A stretch of DNA of 64,000 bases, taken from a virus. The notes below the pieces were generated by a model. That model was not told the origin of the DNA, did no database searches, and saw only the letters and a program-made list of their open reading frames with translations. Where the stretch lies: positions 117,191 through 181,190 of IMG/VR virus record IMGVR_UViG_3300001765_000030; one strand, written 5' to 3'. The position numbers and the translations under genes were made by a program. Shown one piece after another: positions 10,361 through 19,205 of the stretch (within the stretch, counting starts at the first letter, position 1; every line of letters begins with the position of its first letter).

Positions 10361-10697
10361 GGAGGGTGAATAACCGCCCTCCTATCTCTCGCACCGTTCG
10401 ACCGTACGATGTTGCGAAAACCATCTTGGTACGGTAAGTGATGGTCCACTAAAAATGTCCGTCACCATAGGACTCATCTATGGATTTGGGTTGAGTAATT
10501 ATTATTTACGAATACTCAGACTAGACTCAACACATCTGATCGCACCCTGTCTAGGCGGGTTATAATGACCAACTTTATCCATTCACACGACTGGAATCGT
10601 AGAAGCTAGTTGGAACTCTACAGCAACATCAAATGTATCTAGACATACAATTGATTGATAAATGATTATTAATCAGCGAAAAAACTAATCATTTATC
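10361..10697 (-). ncRNA. Candidate ~340-nt structured non-coding RNA, family unknown
   Basis: No ORF; about 10 helices; AACA-N6-TG promoter motif ending at 10697 and a hairpin plus U-tract at 10361-10382. Confidence 0.6.
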
Positions 10698-10709
10698 AAT
10701 ACATTGTTT
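10697..10709 (-). promoter_or_regulatory. Late-type promoter
   Basis: AAACAATGTATTG at the 5' end of the ncRNA candidate. Confidence 0.55.
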
Positions 10710-10738
10710 AAGCAGATATACATATAAATATACATCTA

Positions 10739-10758
10739 CTCATAATTAAATATATAAC
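10739..10758 (-). promoter_or_regulatory. Early-type promoter
   Basis: GTTATATATTTAATTATGAG. Confidence 0.7.
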
Positions 10759-10801
10759 CATAAATTCGATTTAAATAATAAAAAAAATAGCCCGAAGGCT
10801 C

Positions 10802-10867
10802 TTATTTTAAATTAATGGCAAGAGATTTAATCTCTCTCATCATCGCTTCAAATAATTCTTTAATCAT
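10802..10867 (-). CDS. Candidate 21-aa small protein MIKELFEAMMREIKSLAINLK
   Basis: AAAGGTGGA SD-like sequence, upstream promoter-like box, downstream hairpin. Confidence 0.4.
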   Translation of the reverse strand: MIKELFEAMMREIKSLAINLK

Positions 10868-10933
10868 TTGATCCACCTTTATTAAGTTTATTATCATCAC
10901 TTAATATAGACATCAATAAAATGATATTACAGA

Positions 10934-10948
10934 AAACATAGTAATGTA
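10934..10948 (+). promoter_or_regulatory. Late-type promoter
   Basis: AAACATAGTAATGTA. Confidence 0.7.
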
Positions 10949-10981
10949 TAAATAAATCAACTCTCCAACAGTGAGGTTACA

Positions 10982-11449
10982 ATGACTCCTGCAGCGTATA
11001 TTAATACTATCTCAACTAAGAAGTTTAATACTCCAGCGTATAGTGGCGCTGGTTACGTATTTTCAAAAATTCCTGAAAATACTCCATTTGCTCGTCACCC
11101 AGCAGATGTTTCACGATACTGTGAGCATATTGAATCTGGAAAAGATAAAGCGTCTTTCGTCGATAAATATGAACGGTTTGAATTCAGAATGACAGATGGT
11201 AGAACATTTGGTGCAATTCTTAAAGGTACACTTGACGTGTCGGATGCAAATATTGCTATATTTAAAACAGATGCTGACTTGTACGATACTATCGCTGTTG
11301 CAGGTGCTCCTCAGCAGAATAAATATGAGTATATCGATAAAACTACCGGAAAAAGAATGCGTAGATATTATGAACGCACTGTAGTTGTTGATTATATCAA
11401 AATTGACGTTATCGAATTTGTAACAGTTGTTACAGAAGAAATTGTCTAA
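10982..11449 (+). CDS. Hypothetical protein, probably late/virion
   Basis: ORF track; GAGG SD; late-type promoter 10934-10948. Confidence 0.75.
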   Translation: MTPAAYINTISTKKFNTPAYSGAGYVFSKIPENTPFARHPADVSRYCEHIESGKDKASFVDKYERFEFRMTDGRTFGAILKGTLDVSDANIAIFKTDADLYDTIAVAGAPQQNKYEYIDKTTGKRMRRYYERTVVVDYIKIDVIEFVTVVTEEIV

Positions 11450-11456
11450 ATAAATA

Positions 11457-11483
11457 GTATAGTGGGGAATATCCCCACTATAC
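11457..11483. terminator. Bidirectional hairpin between convergent genes
   Basis: GTATAGTGGGGA/TCCCCACTATAC. Confidence 0.8.
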
Positions 11484-11489
11484 ATATTT

Positions 11490-14465
11490 TTATTGATAGT
11501 TTACAAATGCTGTATCCATATTTGTAATATCACCAACATCATTCCTAATCACAGGGATTCCATATTTACTATGTCCAACCCACATATATTCAAGTTTGAC
11601 AAAACCATCGCCATTAATCGCTTCATCTCTTACAGATTCTATAGTCTTTTTTGTAGGATTTGTCACGTCAAAATCATAGTAATCAGGATCAACATCTTTA
11701 AGTTTCTTATTTGCATCAACTAGATCTTTAAGTTCATCGATATAATCTTCAATATTTTCGACTCCCATTTCTTTGAGAACCTTAGTAATATCCGTTAAAT
11801 CAATTTTCTTATCCAATTCTTCTTGAATTTCATCAAGAATGTCGTTAATAGTTTTAATCTCTACAGAAATACCTTTATCAATTTTAGTGATAATATCATT
11901 AATCTTAATGGTCAATATGTTAAACATATCTTGCATTTTATTTGTGATAGTTTTACCATCATTGGTAAGGGCTTCCATCTCTTTTAATAACTGTTCAAAT
12001 GATTTTCCGCCAAGGAAATCTTTACCATCATATATGAAATTATTAATCTGATTAATAATATTCGTATTAACTATAGTAATTTGAGTTTTCGGCCATTCAA
12101 CATTGACATCCCCGCTATCAATACGATTGTTTATAATCGTAATATACTCGGTAAGGGTTTTAATGTCTTGAATTTTGATAGTTCCTGAAATAACACCATT
12201 GATTGTGGATTGCATCTCACTCATCATTAGTTTTAATTTCAACAAATCATCAGAATTATTTTGAACTTGTGTATATAGACCGGAAGCAATCAGTTCACTT
12301 TTAATAAGTTTCTGAAGATCCGCCAAAGAAGTTGTATTCAATACTTCTGTAGTATAGGTGTTGTTTTTGATATATTGTATCAGAGTAGAATAAATTAATT
12401 CGATATTTAGATCTATATAGTTATAAATATCTCCTTTTATTTTATCTATTATCATTTCTTCAACAATCTTTGGATCAAAATCAGGATCTTTACTATCGTC
12501 CGCAATTTCACCTATAACGGTTGATGTATCGGTACCTGATACCACAGGATCGATAAGTTCATCAAGTTCAGAGACTTTTGTAGGATAATTTCCGGTAATA
12601 GAGTTTTCAGTTATAATCTTGTATTTCAACAACAACTTTAACATATCTTTAATTATATCTATCGCGCTCTTAATTTTTGTTGTAGGTGTAGATGGAACAT
12701 AATCTCTTGGGTCAGTAATTACATCTGTATCCGCAAGTTTAATTGCCATCCATGTAGCAGGGTTTACTAAGAAAGGTTCAACTTCTTTAGTATAAGCATA
12801 TGCTGCATTCCACCAACCTTCTGCAAAATCTGTAACTTGCTTAGGCAATAATCCTGCAAGACCTTCATCCAAAGCTTCCATCCACACTGTAGTAATTTTG
12901 TGCTTCAATCGATTTGCAAGATTCTTATGAATAAGAGAGTCCTTGGTTCCGTAAGTTCCTTCATCTGCAAGTAGCAAATATAAACGTTTTATTTGTTTAT
13001 TTCTAGGATCAATAAACCATGAATCCGATTCAGAATCTTGATTCCGTTTAGTTCTTTCCTTGCGAAATCTTGATGAAATTTTAGATATTGTCGCAATAGT
13101 TGCTAGAGCACCTTTATTCACAGGTCTATAGAATGGAGCTATGATATCAATATCGCCTTCTGAAATACGATATCTTTTGCGATATGTTTCATCATTATCG
13201 CCAAACCAACAAGGTTTTATATTATAGGCATCCATCAACTTTTTAAGTTCTTTTACAGTAAACCCGCTAAATCCACAAACTATTGTATTTTTCATAACAG
13301 TCAGTATGTAATTGTATATCTGATTTGCAGGATCAAGATACTTTATAGTTTCAAGTTCATACTTATCTTTAGCAGTTTCTAGAACTGTTTTGTATACTTT
13401 AAATTTCTCGTTTATAGTATCATACTGAGTTATATATGAATCAACCGTTCTAAAGAACCCGGTCACCGCATTTCCTGTAGACATAGTTGAATATGTAGCA
13501 TCAGTATAGTAGACTTTCATTCCTATGAATCCAAGATTCAAAGATTTTAGATCTTCAATGAATGCGATTCCTCTAGAATCCATATATCCTACGATGTATT
13601 CAGGCTTAGATGCATCAGCACCTTTTAACTCTTCAATGATTTTATTTACATTATCTTCGGCTGTGCGAATTTCAGTCGTATCGACAGCTTTATAAAGAGT
13701 CATCAGTTCATTATAATTTGAATACATTTCGTCTAAAATGAGTTTAACGTTTTTAAATGCGCCAGATCTTGCGGAAATCATAGGATCTGAGTAGAATGCA
13801 TCATCTGATAACCCAGAATATGTTATATCCCACTCCTTATTCCACCACTCTAATGCACACGTTATATCACGCTTAAGAATAACTTTTCGGATATACCAAT
13901 CGTTTGCTTCTAAATCCGAACCAGCTTTATCCAATGCGATAAGTGTTGCAAGATACACTTGGTCAGGGATTACTAAGAAACTTAATAAGAATCCTCCAAA
14001 TTTACTTAGAAGAGCACCTCCTACAGCTTCTAATCCTCCAAGAGTATCCATAAGAGCGCCAAGTCCTAAATTACGAACTTTAGAACCGGATGTGAGATCA
14101 ACATCTTTAAATAGTCCTGTAATCTTACCTTTCGTGAGAGCTTTCATACTATCAACACTAGATACTGCGTCTAGGAACCCTTTTAGATTCTTACCACTAA
14201 GTTTACCAAGTTTAATACCGCGTTTCTTAAAGAAATTACCATTGTTTACAGTTTCAGTAACTTCTTTAACTTTACTTTTAAACTTACTTTGAGAAGCTAC
14301 CGCATCTCCAGATTTAGAACCCGAATCTTTAGAGTAGTCTTCAGTATATGTATCCATAACTGTCGAGAAGTATGAATTTTTATCAGTTTTAACTTCACCA
14401 ACTGTTAGTGGTTTATATTCTCTAGTTGGAACACTTGTCGTATTCTCACCGCTAGTTTCAGCCAT
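11490..14465 (-). CDS. Large probable virion structural protein
   Basis: 991 aa ORF with late-type promoter; coiled-coil-rich C-terminal third; function not recognised. Confidence 0.6.
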   Translation of the reverse strand: MAETSGENTTSVPTREYKPLTVGEVKTDKNSYFSTVMDTYTEDYSKDSGSKSGDAVASQSKFKSKVKEVTETVNNGNFFKKRGIKLGKLSGKNLKGFLDAVSSVDSMKALTKGKITGLFKDVDLTSGSKVRNLGLGALMDTLGGLEAVGGALLSKFGGFLLSFLVIPDQVYLATLIALDKAGSDLEANDWYIRKVILKRDITCALEWWNKEWDITYSGLSDDAFYSDPMISARSGAFKNVKLILDEMYSNYNELMTLYKAVDTTEIRTAEDNVNKIIEELKGADASKPEYIVGYMDSRGIAFIEDLKSLNLGFIGMKVYYTDATYSTMSTGNAVTGFFRTVDSYITQYDTINEKFKVYKTVLETAKDKYELETIKYLDPANQIYNYILTVMKNTIVCGFSGFTVKELKKLMDAYNIKPCWFGDNDETYRKRYRISEGDIDIIAPFYRPVNKGALATIATISKISSRFRKERTKRNQDSESDSWFIDPRNKQIKRLYLLLADEGTYGTKDSLIHKNLANRLKHKITTVWMEALDEGLAGLLPKQVTDFAEGWWNAAYAYTKEVEPFLVNPATWMAIKLADTDVITDPRDYVPSTPTTKIKSAIDIIKDMLKLLLKYKIITENSITGNYPTKVSELDELIDPVVSGTDTSTVIGEIADDSKDPDFDPKIVEEMIIDKIKGDIYNYIDLNIELIYSTLIQYIKNNTYTTEVLNTTSLADLQKLIKSELIASGLYTQVQNNSDDLLKLKLMMSEMQSTINGVISGTIKIQDIKTLTEYITIINNRIDSGDVNVEWPKTQITIVNTNIINQINNFIYDGKDFLGGKSFEQLLKEMEALTNDGKTITNKMQDMFNILTIKINDIITKIDKGISVEIKTINDILDEIQEELDKKIDLTDITKVLKEMGVENIEDYIDELKDLVDANKKLKDVDPDYYDFDVTNPTKKTIESVRDEAINGDGFVKLEYMWVGHSKYGIPVIRNDVGDITNMDTAFVNYQ

Positions 14466-14487
14466 GTTGCCTCCGTTTTATAATACC

Positions 14488-14502
14488 TATATTAGTATGT
14501 TT
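14488..14502 (-). promoter_or_regulatory. Late-type promoter
   Basis: AAACATACTAATATA. Confidence 0.65.
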
Positions 14503-14523
14503 AACTCAGAACTATAGAAAAAA

Positions 14524-14547
14524 AAGAGTGGGAATAACCCCACTCTT
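14524..14547 (-). terminator. Intrinsic terminator
   Basis: AAGAGTGGG/CCCACTCTT plus U-tract on -. Confidence 0.8.
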
Positions 14548-14552
14548 CAATT

Positions 14553-15326
14553 TTAGAATTCGATCTCATCGTAAACACTTGAATCGTCGAACGAAGATTT
14601 AGGAGAACTTTTGATCTCCATAGTTGTATCAAGATCTTCTTCAACTTCTTCATACTCAACAATTTCAAATCCATCATTAGCTTCGCCGCCAAGATCGATA
14701 TTCGTATTATTGGATGAGAATTGATTACGAGCAAGTTCAATCTCTTCTTCTTTGTTGAGTTCAACCTTCTCAATATAACGGAAGATCTTATCATAGTTCG
14801 GATTTTTGTCAACCAAATGTGAATATTTTGAAAGAACCATTATCATAGCCATTACAATAGCTTTGATATCATTTCCATCATGATCAATTCCTGTACCTAA
14901 GACATCTGTATCATCTCTACACCAGATTTCATAGATCACTCCATGAAACATTGCAGGGAGTTTATCACTATCTTTGGGATTTCGTTTGACAAGTTTCACA
15001 ATATCAATCATTTCGCCGTTGCTATTGTATTCAATAACATCTTCTTCATCGCGGAACTTATTACTAAGAGCACGACAAAGGAATTGTGATAGAATGATTG
15101 TATGCTCACGAATTTTGAAAGGAGCGAATATTGTGACAAGTTTCGAATCCTTTGTTGCAAAGTGATCGAATCCATCAGAAGGAACGTAGAAATGTTTACC
15201 GTTGTAGGTAATACCCTGAGTTCCACCGATCTGTTGGAGGATACCATCGTTATTCATATGGAATCCAAAATAGTTCAACACTGGTCCGATAACCGTGTTA
15301 AACATTGTTCTGTAATCTAAATTCAT
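14553..15326 (-). CDS. Hypothetical protein with acidic C-terminus
   Basis: ORF track; overlaps stop of upstream gene (ATGA). Confidence 0.75.
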   Translation of the reverse strand: MNLDYRTMFNTVIGPVLNYFGFHMNNDGILQQIGGTQGITYNGKHFYVPSDGFDHFATKDSKLVTIFAPFKIREHTIILSQFLCRALSNKFRDEEDVIEYNSNGEMIDIVKLVKRNPKDSDKLPAMFHGVIYEIWCRDDTDVLGTGIDHDGNDIKAIVMAMIMVLSKYSHLVDKNPNYDKIFRYIEKVELNKEEEIELARNQFSSNNTNIDLGGEANDGFEIVEYEEVEEDLDTTMEIKSSPKSSFDDSSVYDEIEF

Positions 15327-15880
15327 TGTTTATCCTCATCCTTCTCATAGATGTCAAGGGCGAACTCATGACCGAGTAAATGTAGTAGATATGAAAACTT
15401 ATTCCACGATAGAGTATTCTTGTTTTCAAGTCTACTTTTATCGTTATTCATATCAGTTTTTCTCTCTTCACCATATAGAGATTTAAACTCTCCAACGGTG
15501 ACATTTTTCTTCATTAACAATGTTTTCATGAGTACCATAAGGTAATCATCATCGTTATTGATAGAAAGTTTCAATATCGTATCATCGCCAGTAAGTCTGC
15601 CTTCGGGCATCTTTATCTTACTAGCTTTCGACTCTTGAGGAATATTTGCTCTATAAACGGTATTGAAAATCAGTTGCTCGTTATAAATATACGCGCAGTT
15701 TACACTTGGAACTTCACTCTCATCGGTGAATTCCCCCATAAAGATATAGTATATTCCTCTTAATACTATCTTATGATATCGTTTCATGATTATTCTACGA
15801 GTTTGAGTCTCAAAACTATAAGCTTTAAGAACTCCTCCATCGCCGAATATTCGTGTAACTTTTATTGGTACATGGTGCAT
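15323..15880 (-). CDS. Hypothetical protein with C-terminal Cro/XRE-like HTH
   Basis: 'LLMKKNVTVGEFKSL...KSRLENKNTLSWNKFSYLLHLLG'; SD GGAGAGAGG; early-type promoter. Confidence 0.6.
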   Translation of the reverse strand: MHHVPIKVTRIFGDGGVLKAYSFETQTRRIIMKRYHKIVLRGIYYIFMGEFTDESEVPSVNCAYIYNEQLIFNTVYRANIPQESKASKIKMPEGRLTGDDTILKLSINNDDDYLMVLMKTLLMKKNVTVGEFKSLYGEERKTDMNNDKSRLENKNTLSWNKFSYLLHLLGHEFALDIYEKDEDKQ

Positions 15881-15916
15881 AATAAACCTCTCTCCAAGTT
15901 AATCACCACTCGCTAT

Positions 15917-15935
15917 CAATATTGTATATATACTC
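15917..15935 (-). promoter_or_regulatory. Early-type promoter
   Basis: GAGTATATATACAATATTG. Confidence 0.6.
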
Positions 15936-16585
15936 TAAACATTAGGTTTATTTTTCAATTGATTTAACAATACGCCTAATGTAAGCAAATTCAAATTGCT
16001 AGCATATGAATTGTCCAAGTAAGTCTTTAATGATTTATAAAAAACCATAAAATCCATATTGGTTAGCTGAGTTAGATATCCTTTCTGAGTCCTTATTGCG
16101 ACACCTTCATAACTCAATCCATCATAGTCTTTAACTACAGCTGGATAGAATCTTATGTACTCATTTTGATTTTTGAATACTGAAGGATTATAAGGTGCAG
16201 GATGTCCTAAACTTTTAACAATGCCTGTTTCAGGATCTGTATTGAATAGGTGTTTATACTTCTTAGAAGTCAACCATTCATTGCAAATTCGCATTGCTTC
16301 AAGTAATTCATGATAAGATCTCTGAGAAATATGAAATTGCTCAGAAACCTTATTCTCTTTATCTAATGCATAAAGGCCGATAATTCCACGACTAAACGTG
16401 TCAAAATATAATGAATTTCCATCAAGGTTATTAGCAGGTTTAGAAATTGTTACTAATTTCCTAGATTTAAATTTATCATCTTTCTTTTCGGGACCATCGT
16501 CTCCAAATATAGATAATGATACTTTAAATCTATAATTCCTGTACAACACGTCATTTACGCTTTTTATCATTTCCAACCTCTCCAA
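15935..16585 (-). CDS. Hypothetical protein
   Basis: ORF track. Confidence 0.75.
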   Translation of the reverse strand: MERLEMIKSVNDVLYRNYRFKVSLSIFGDDGPEKKDDKFKSRKLVTISKPANNLDGNSLYFDTFSRGIIGLYALDKENKVSEQFHISQRSYHELLEAMRICNEWLTSKKYKHLFNTDPETGIVKSLGHPAPYNPSVFKNQNEYIRFYPAVVKDYDGLSYEGVAIRTQKGYLTQLTNMDFMVFYKSLKTYLDNSYASNLNLLTLGVLLNQLKNKPNV

Positions 16586-16596
16586 AGGAAATTATA

Positions 16597-18099
16597 TCAA
16601 GCATTTGCTTTGATTATTTTACCGTTTACATATTCATAATAAACTAAAGATCTAGTATTCTTGATATGATTAACAAGACGTTTATCACGCTGTCTAACAA
16701 TTCCGTCAAATCCTTCATCACACATATCTACATACCATCCTTCAGGATCTCTTACACGACCGCGAATCTGTTTAAGGAGTTGATCAGAACTTAATGGTAT
16801 AAAATTAATAACCATTATAAGTCCCTTAACGTCAAGTCCCATATTATTCGCGATTGTTGTAAACACGACATTCTTTTCAAGTTCTTGATGTCGATCCTTC
16901 TTGTTTTCGCCAGTATAATAACCTATAGATGGTTTAAATCCGTCAGGAAATGTAGTTCCTTCCAAAGCTTTCTTTAGCATTTTAATACCATCTAAGCTTT
17001 GAACGAATATTATAACCTTTTTGGATTTATCATATCCATGTATACGGAATATTTTACTAACAAAGAATGTTATATAGTCGTAGATTATACGCGTTCTGGA
17101 CTCATATCTAAACATGTATTTGAAGTAATTAGAACTATGAACTCCTCGTCTTGGTTGAATCTTCCACATATCACCTACTCCAGGTTTAGTGGAATATCTA
17201 GCCATGATTACATTGAACTTTGAAACCTCATGAGTTTTATGTCCATACTGTTGAACATTATCTCTAAAGATCTTTCTATACAATGCATCTTGAGCTTTAT
17301 CACTACGTTCAGGAGTTGCAGATAAAAACATTACACGTTCAACAGATGTGTTTACAAGAACTTGTAATATCTTCAAGAAATGAGCATGAACTTCATCAAA
17401 AATTTGAATTCCGATTCCAAACTTTTCATAGAACTTGTGCAACATATCACTATCTCTACGTAATCCTGCAACCATTGCATCAAGTCCAATGACGTAAAAC
17501 ATCGCCATTGGAGGATGTTTCATTGTCATAAGTTTATCAAGATCATTCCAAGTCTTAAGATAGATTAGATCTTCTCCAAGTTTAGCATTTGTAAAACTTT
17601 GAATTCGATCAACCCATTGATTTGATAAACTAACCGATGTTATAATTGACGGCATTTGTAGTTTATGACATGCCATAATTGCACAAACTGTCTTACCGAA
17701 TCCTGTGTCAAGGGTTAGTAATCTATGCGCTTTATGACTATCACTTGAATCTTTTGCAACCAAGAAATCTACAGATTCTTTTTGATACCTATCTCTTGGT
17801 ACAGCATTACATGTAACACTCAAAGTTCGACGATTGCTAACGTATTCATTACTCTTATCGGTAACATTTGTTATAACAATACCATCTGAACAAAATTTAT
17901 CAAGTATGAATTGAATGTCGATAGTAGATGGAATCTTGAGAATTTTATTCTCTTCATCATAAACGAATCCAAAATGAGTATATTTCTTTGAGATATAATC
18001 GTATACTGCAAGAGATCTCTCAAGAATTCTAGCAGTTCCAAGCTCATACCCATAGATATAATAGGCAGATCTTTTAATCTCAAGACGAAGATCTTCCAT
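16597..18099 (-). CDS. Superfamily 2 DExH helicase (UvsW-like)
   Basis: Walker A TLDTGFGKT, DEVH, SATP, QIRGRVR. Confidence 0.9.
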   Translation of the reverse strand: MEDLRLEIKRSAYYIYGYELGTARILERSLAVYDYISKKYTHFGFVYDEENKILKIPSTIDIQFILDKFCSDGIVITNVTDKSNEYVSNRRTLSVTCNAVPRDRYQKESVDFLVAKDSSDSHKAHRLLTLDTGFGKTVCAIMACHKLQMPSIITSVSLSNQWVDRIQSFTNAKLGEDLIYLKTWNDLDKLMTMKHPPMAMFYVIGLDAMVAGLRRDSDMLHKFYEKFGIGIQIFDEVHAHFLKILQVLVNTSVERVMFLSATPERSDKAQDALYRKIFRDNVQQYGHKTHEVSKFNVIMARYSTKPGVGDMWKIQPRRGVHSSNYFKYMFRYESRTRIIYDYITFFVSKIFRIHGYDKSKKVIIFVQSLDGIKMLKKALEGTTFPDGFKPSIGYYTGENKKDRHQELEKNVVFTTIANNMGLDVKGLIMVINFIPLSSDQLLKQIRGRVRDPEGWYVDMCDEGFDGIVRQRDKRLVNHIKNTRSLVYYEYVNGKIIKANA

Positions 18100-18120
18100 C
18101 AGAGCTCCTTAATAAATAAT

Positions 18121-18135
18121 TACATTAGTGTGTTT
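18121..18135 (-). promoter_or_regulatory. Late-type promoter
   Basis: AAACACACTAATGTA. Confidence 0.7.
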
Positions 18136-18208
18136 TCGATAGGATATTTTATGAAACAATAGATTATTCATGTATATATCTTATTATGACATTAACAAAA
18201 GAGGTGTT

Positions 18209-18430
18209 ATGAAAAAGATACTACTATTACTTGCGATTATTTCAGTCGCTGTAGCAGCGGATCAGAAGAAATCTTATTCTCATAAGAAAGAATCTGAGAA
18301 TACAAACAAGACTATAACAATTATCAAGCTCGACTCATTATCGAGTGTTAAGATAATTGACACAGATTCGTCATCTACCATGGAATATTTTGACGAAGAT
18401 GTATATTGGTTCAAGAGAACCAAGAAGTAA
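18209..18430 (+). CDS. Small exported protein
   Basis: Signal peptide MKKILLLLAIISVAVAA; SD GAGG. Confidence 0.7.
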   Translation: MKKILLLLAIISVAVAADQKKSYSHKKESENTNKTITIIKLDSLSSVKIIDTDSSSTMEYFDEDVYWFKRTKK

Positions 18431-18462
18431 GTATGGGGGATTTCTCCCCCTACTTATTTTTT

Positions 18463-19149
18463 TTATTTCTCTATGCTCACATAAGCATAAAACTTATAAG
18501 GATTGTTTGCACTATCCTTGCCGTTTTTATCATGCTCAGGTAAACGTCTTAAATTACAATTAGGACACATCGTTGTACTCTTTAAACTCATACTTTTAAG
18601 TTGCTTATTATCACCACTTTGTATAAGTTTTAATACGACAATACTCCTTGTTTCAGGAGATTCATGCGTTTCCCAAGTTAAAGGATCTCTTGAGAATACA
18701 ATAGTTCCTGGAAGAATTTTGTAGTTGCTAGGCTTCTGGTCTACAGGGTCAGGTTTCTGACAATTTTTCATAAACCCTGACATTTTATCCGCGAAATCTT
18801 TACCGACATACTTGTCAAAATCTGGCAGGATATCATCAGCTTCGACAATCTCATGAACTATCAGAACCATAGGAAACATTCCAAATACTATATCAATTCT
18901 GGAATCGGGCCCAGTTTTTGGAACCAATTTAAAGTTCTTAGGAACAGTTATTGTTACAGGAACTTGCGAACGTACATACAGTCCAATTTCCCAATTCCAA
19001 GGATATACAATTTCATCTCTTGAAAAGAGTCTTCCGTCTATGGTAACTTCTGTGTCAAGTATGATCGTATTTCCAGGCGCCATCCACACCTTATTTGAAA
19101 ACATGTTACGTGAAAATGAATTTTGTCCAAAATTTTGATTTCCGAACAT
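18463..19149 (-). CDS. Hypothetical protein
   Basis: ORF track; SD GGAGG. Confidence 0.75.
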   Translation of the reverse strand: MFGNQNFGQNSFSRNMFSNKVWMAPGNTIILDTEVTIDGRLFSRDEIVYPWNWEIGLYVRSQVPVTITVPKNFKLVPKTGPDSRIDIVFGMFPMVLIVHEIVEADDILPDFDKYVGKDFADKMSGFMKNCQKPDPVDQKPSNYKILPGTIVFSRDPLTWETHESPETRSIVVLKLIQSGDNKQLKSMSLKSTTMCPNCNLRRLPEHDKNGKDSANNPYKFYAYVSIEK

Positions 19150-19175
19150 TTATAAAACCTCCGTAATTAAAGAAA

Positions 19176-19198
19176 GTAGGGAGGATTGCCCTCCCTAC
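19176..19198. terminator. Hairpin after beta'-C gene
   Basis: GTAGGGAGG/CCTCCCTAC. Confidence 0.75.
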
Positions 19199-19205
19199 AA
19201 TATCA

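Noticed and set aside
10401-10435. ACCGTAC...GTACGGT helix resembling group II intron domain V
   Set aside because: No AGC/CGC catalytic triad, no domain VI branch helix, no interrupted gene or RT nearby
9793-10449. ORF-track start at 10449 giving an N-terminal extension of the nuclease
   Set aside because: The extension runs through a terminator and the structured RNA; ATG 10335 has an SD and yields a proper signal peptide
10538-10569. ATCGCACCCTGTCTAGGCGGGTTATAATGAC, loosely like a type I-C CRISPR repeat
   Set aside because: Single weak copy, no ATTGAAAC end, no spacers or cas genes
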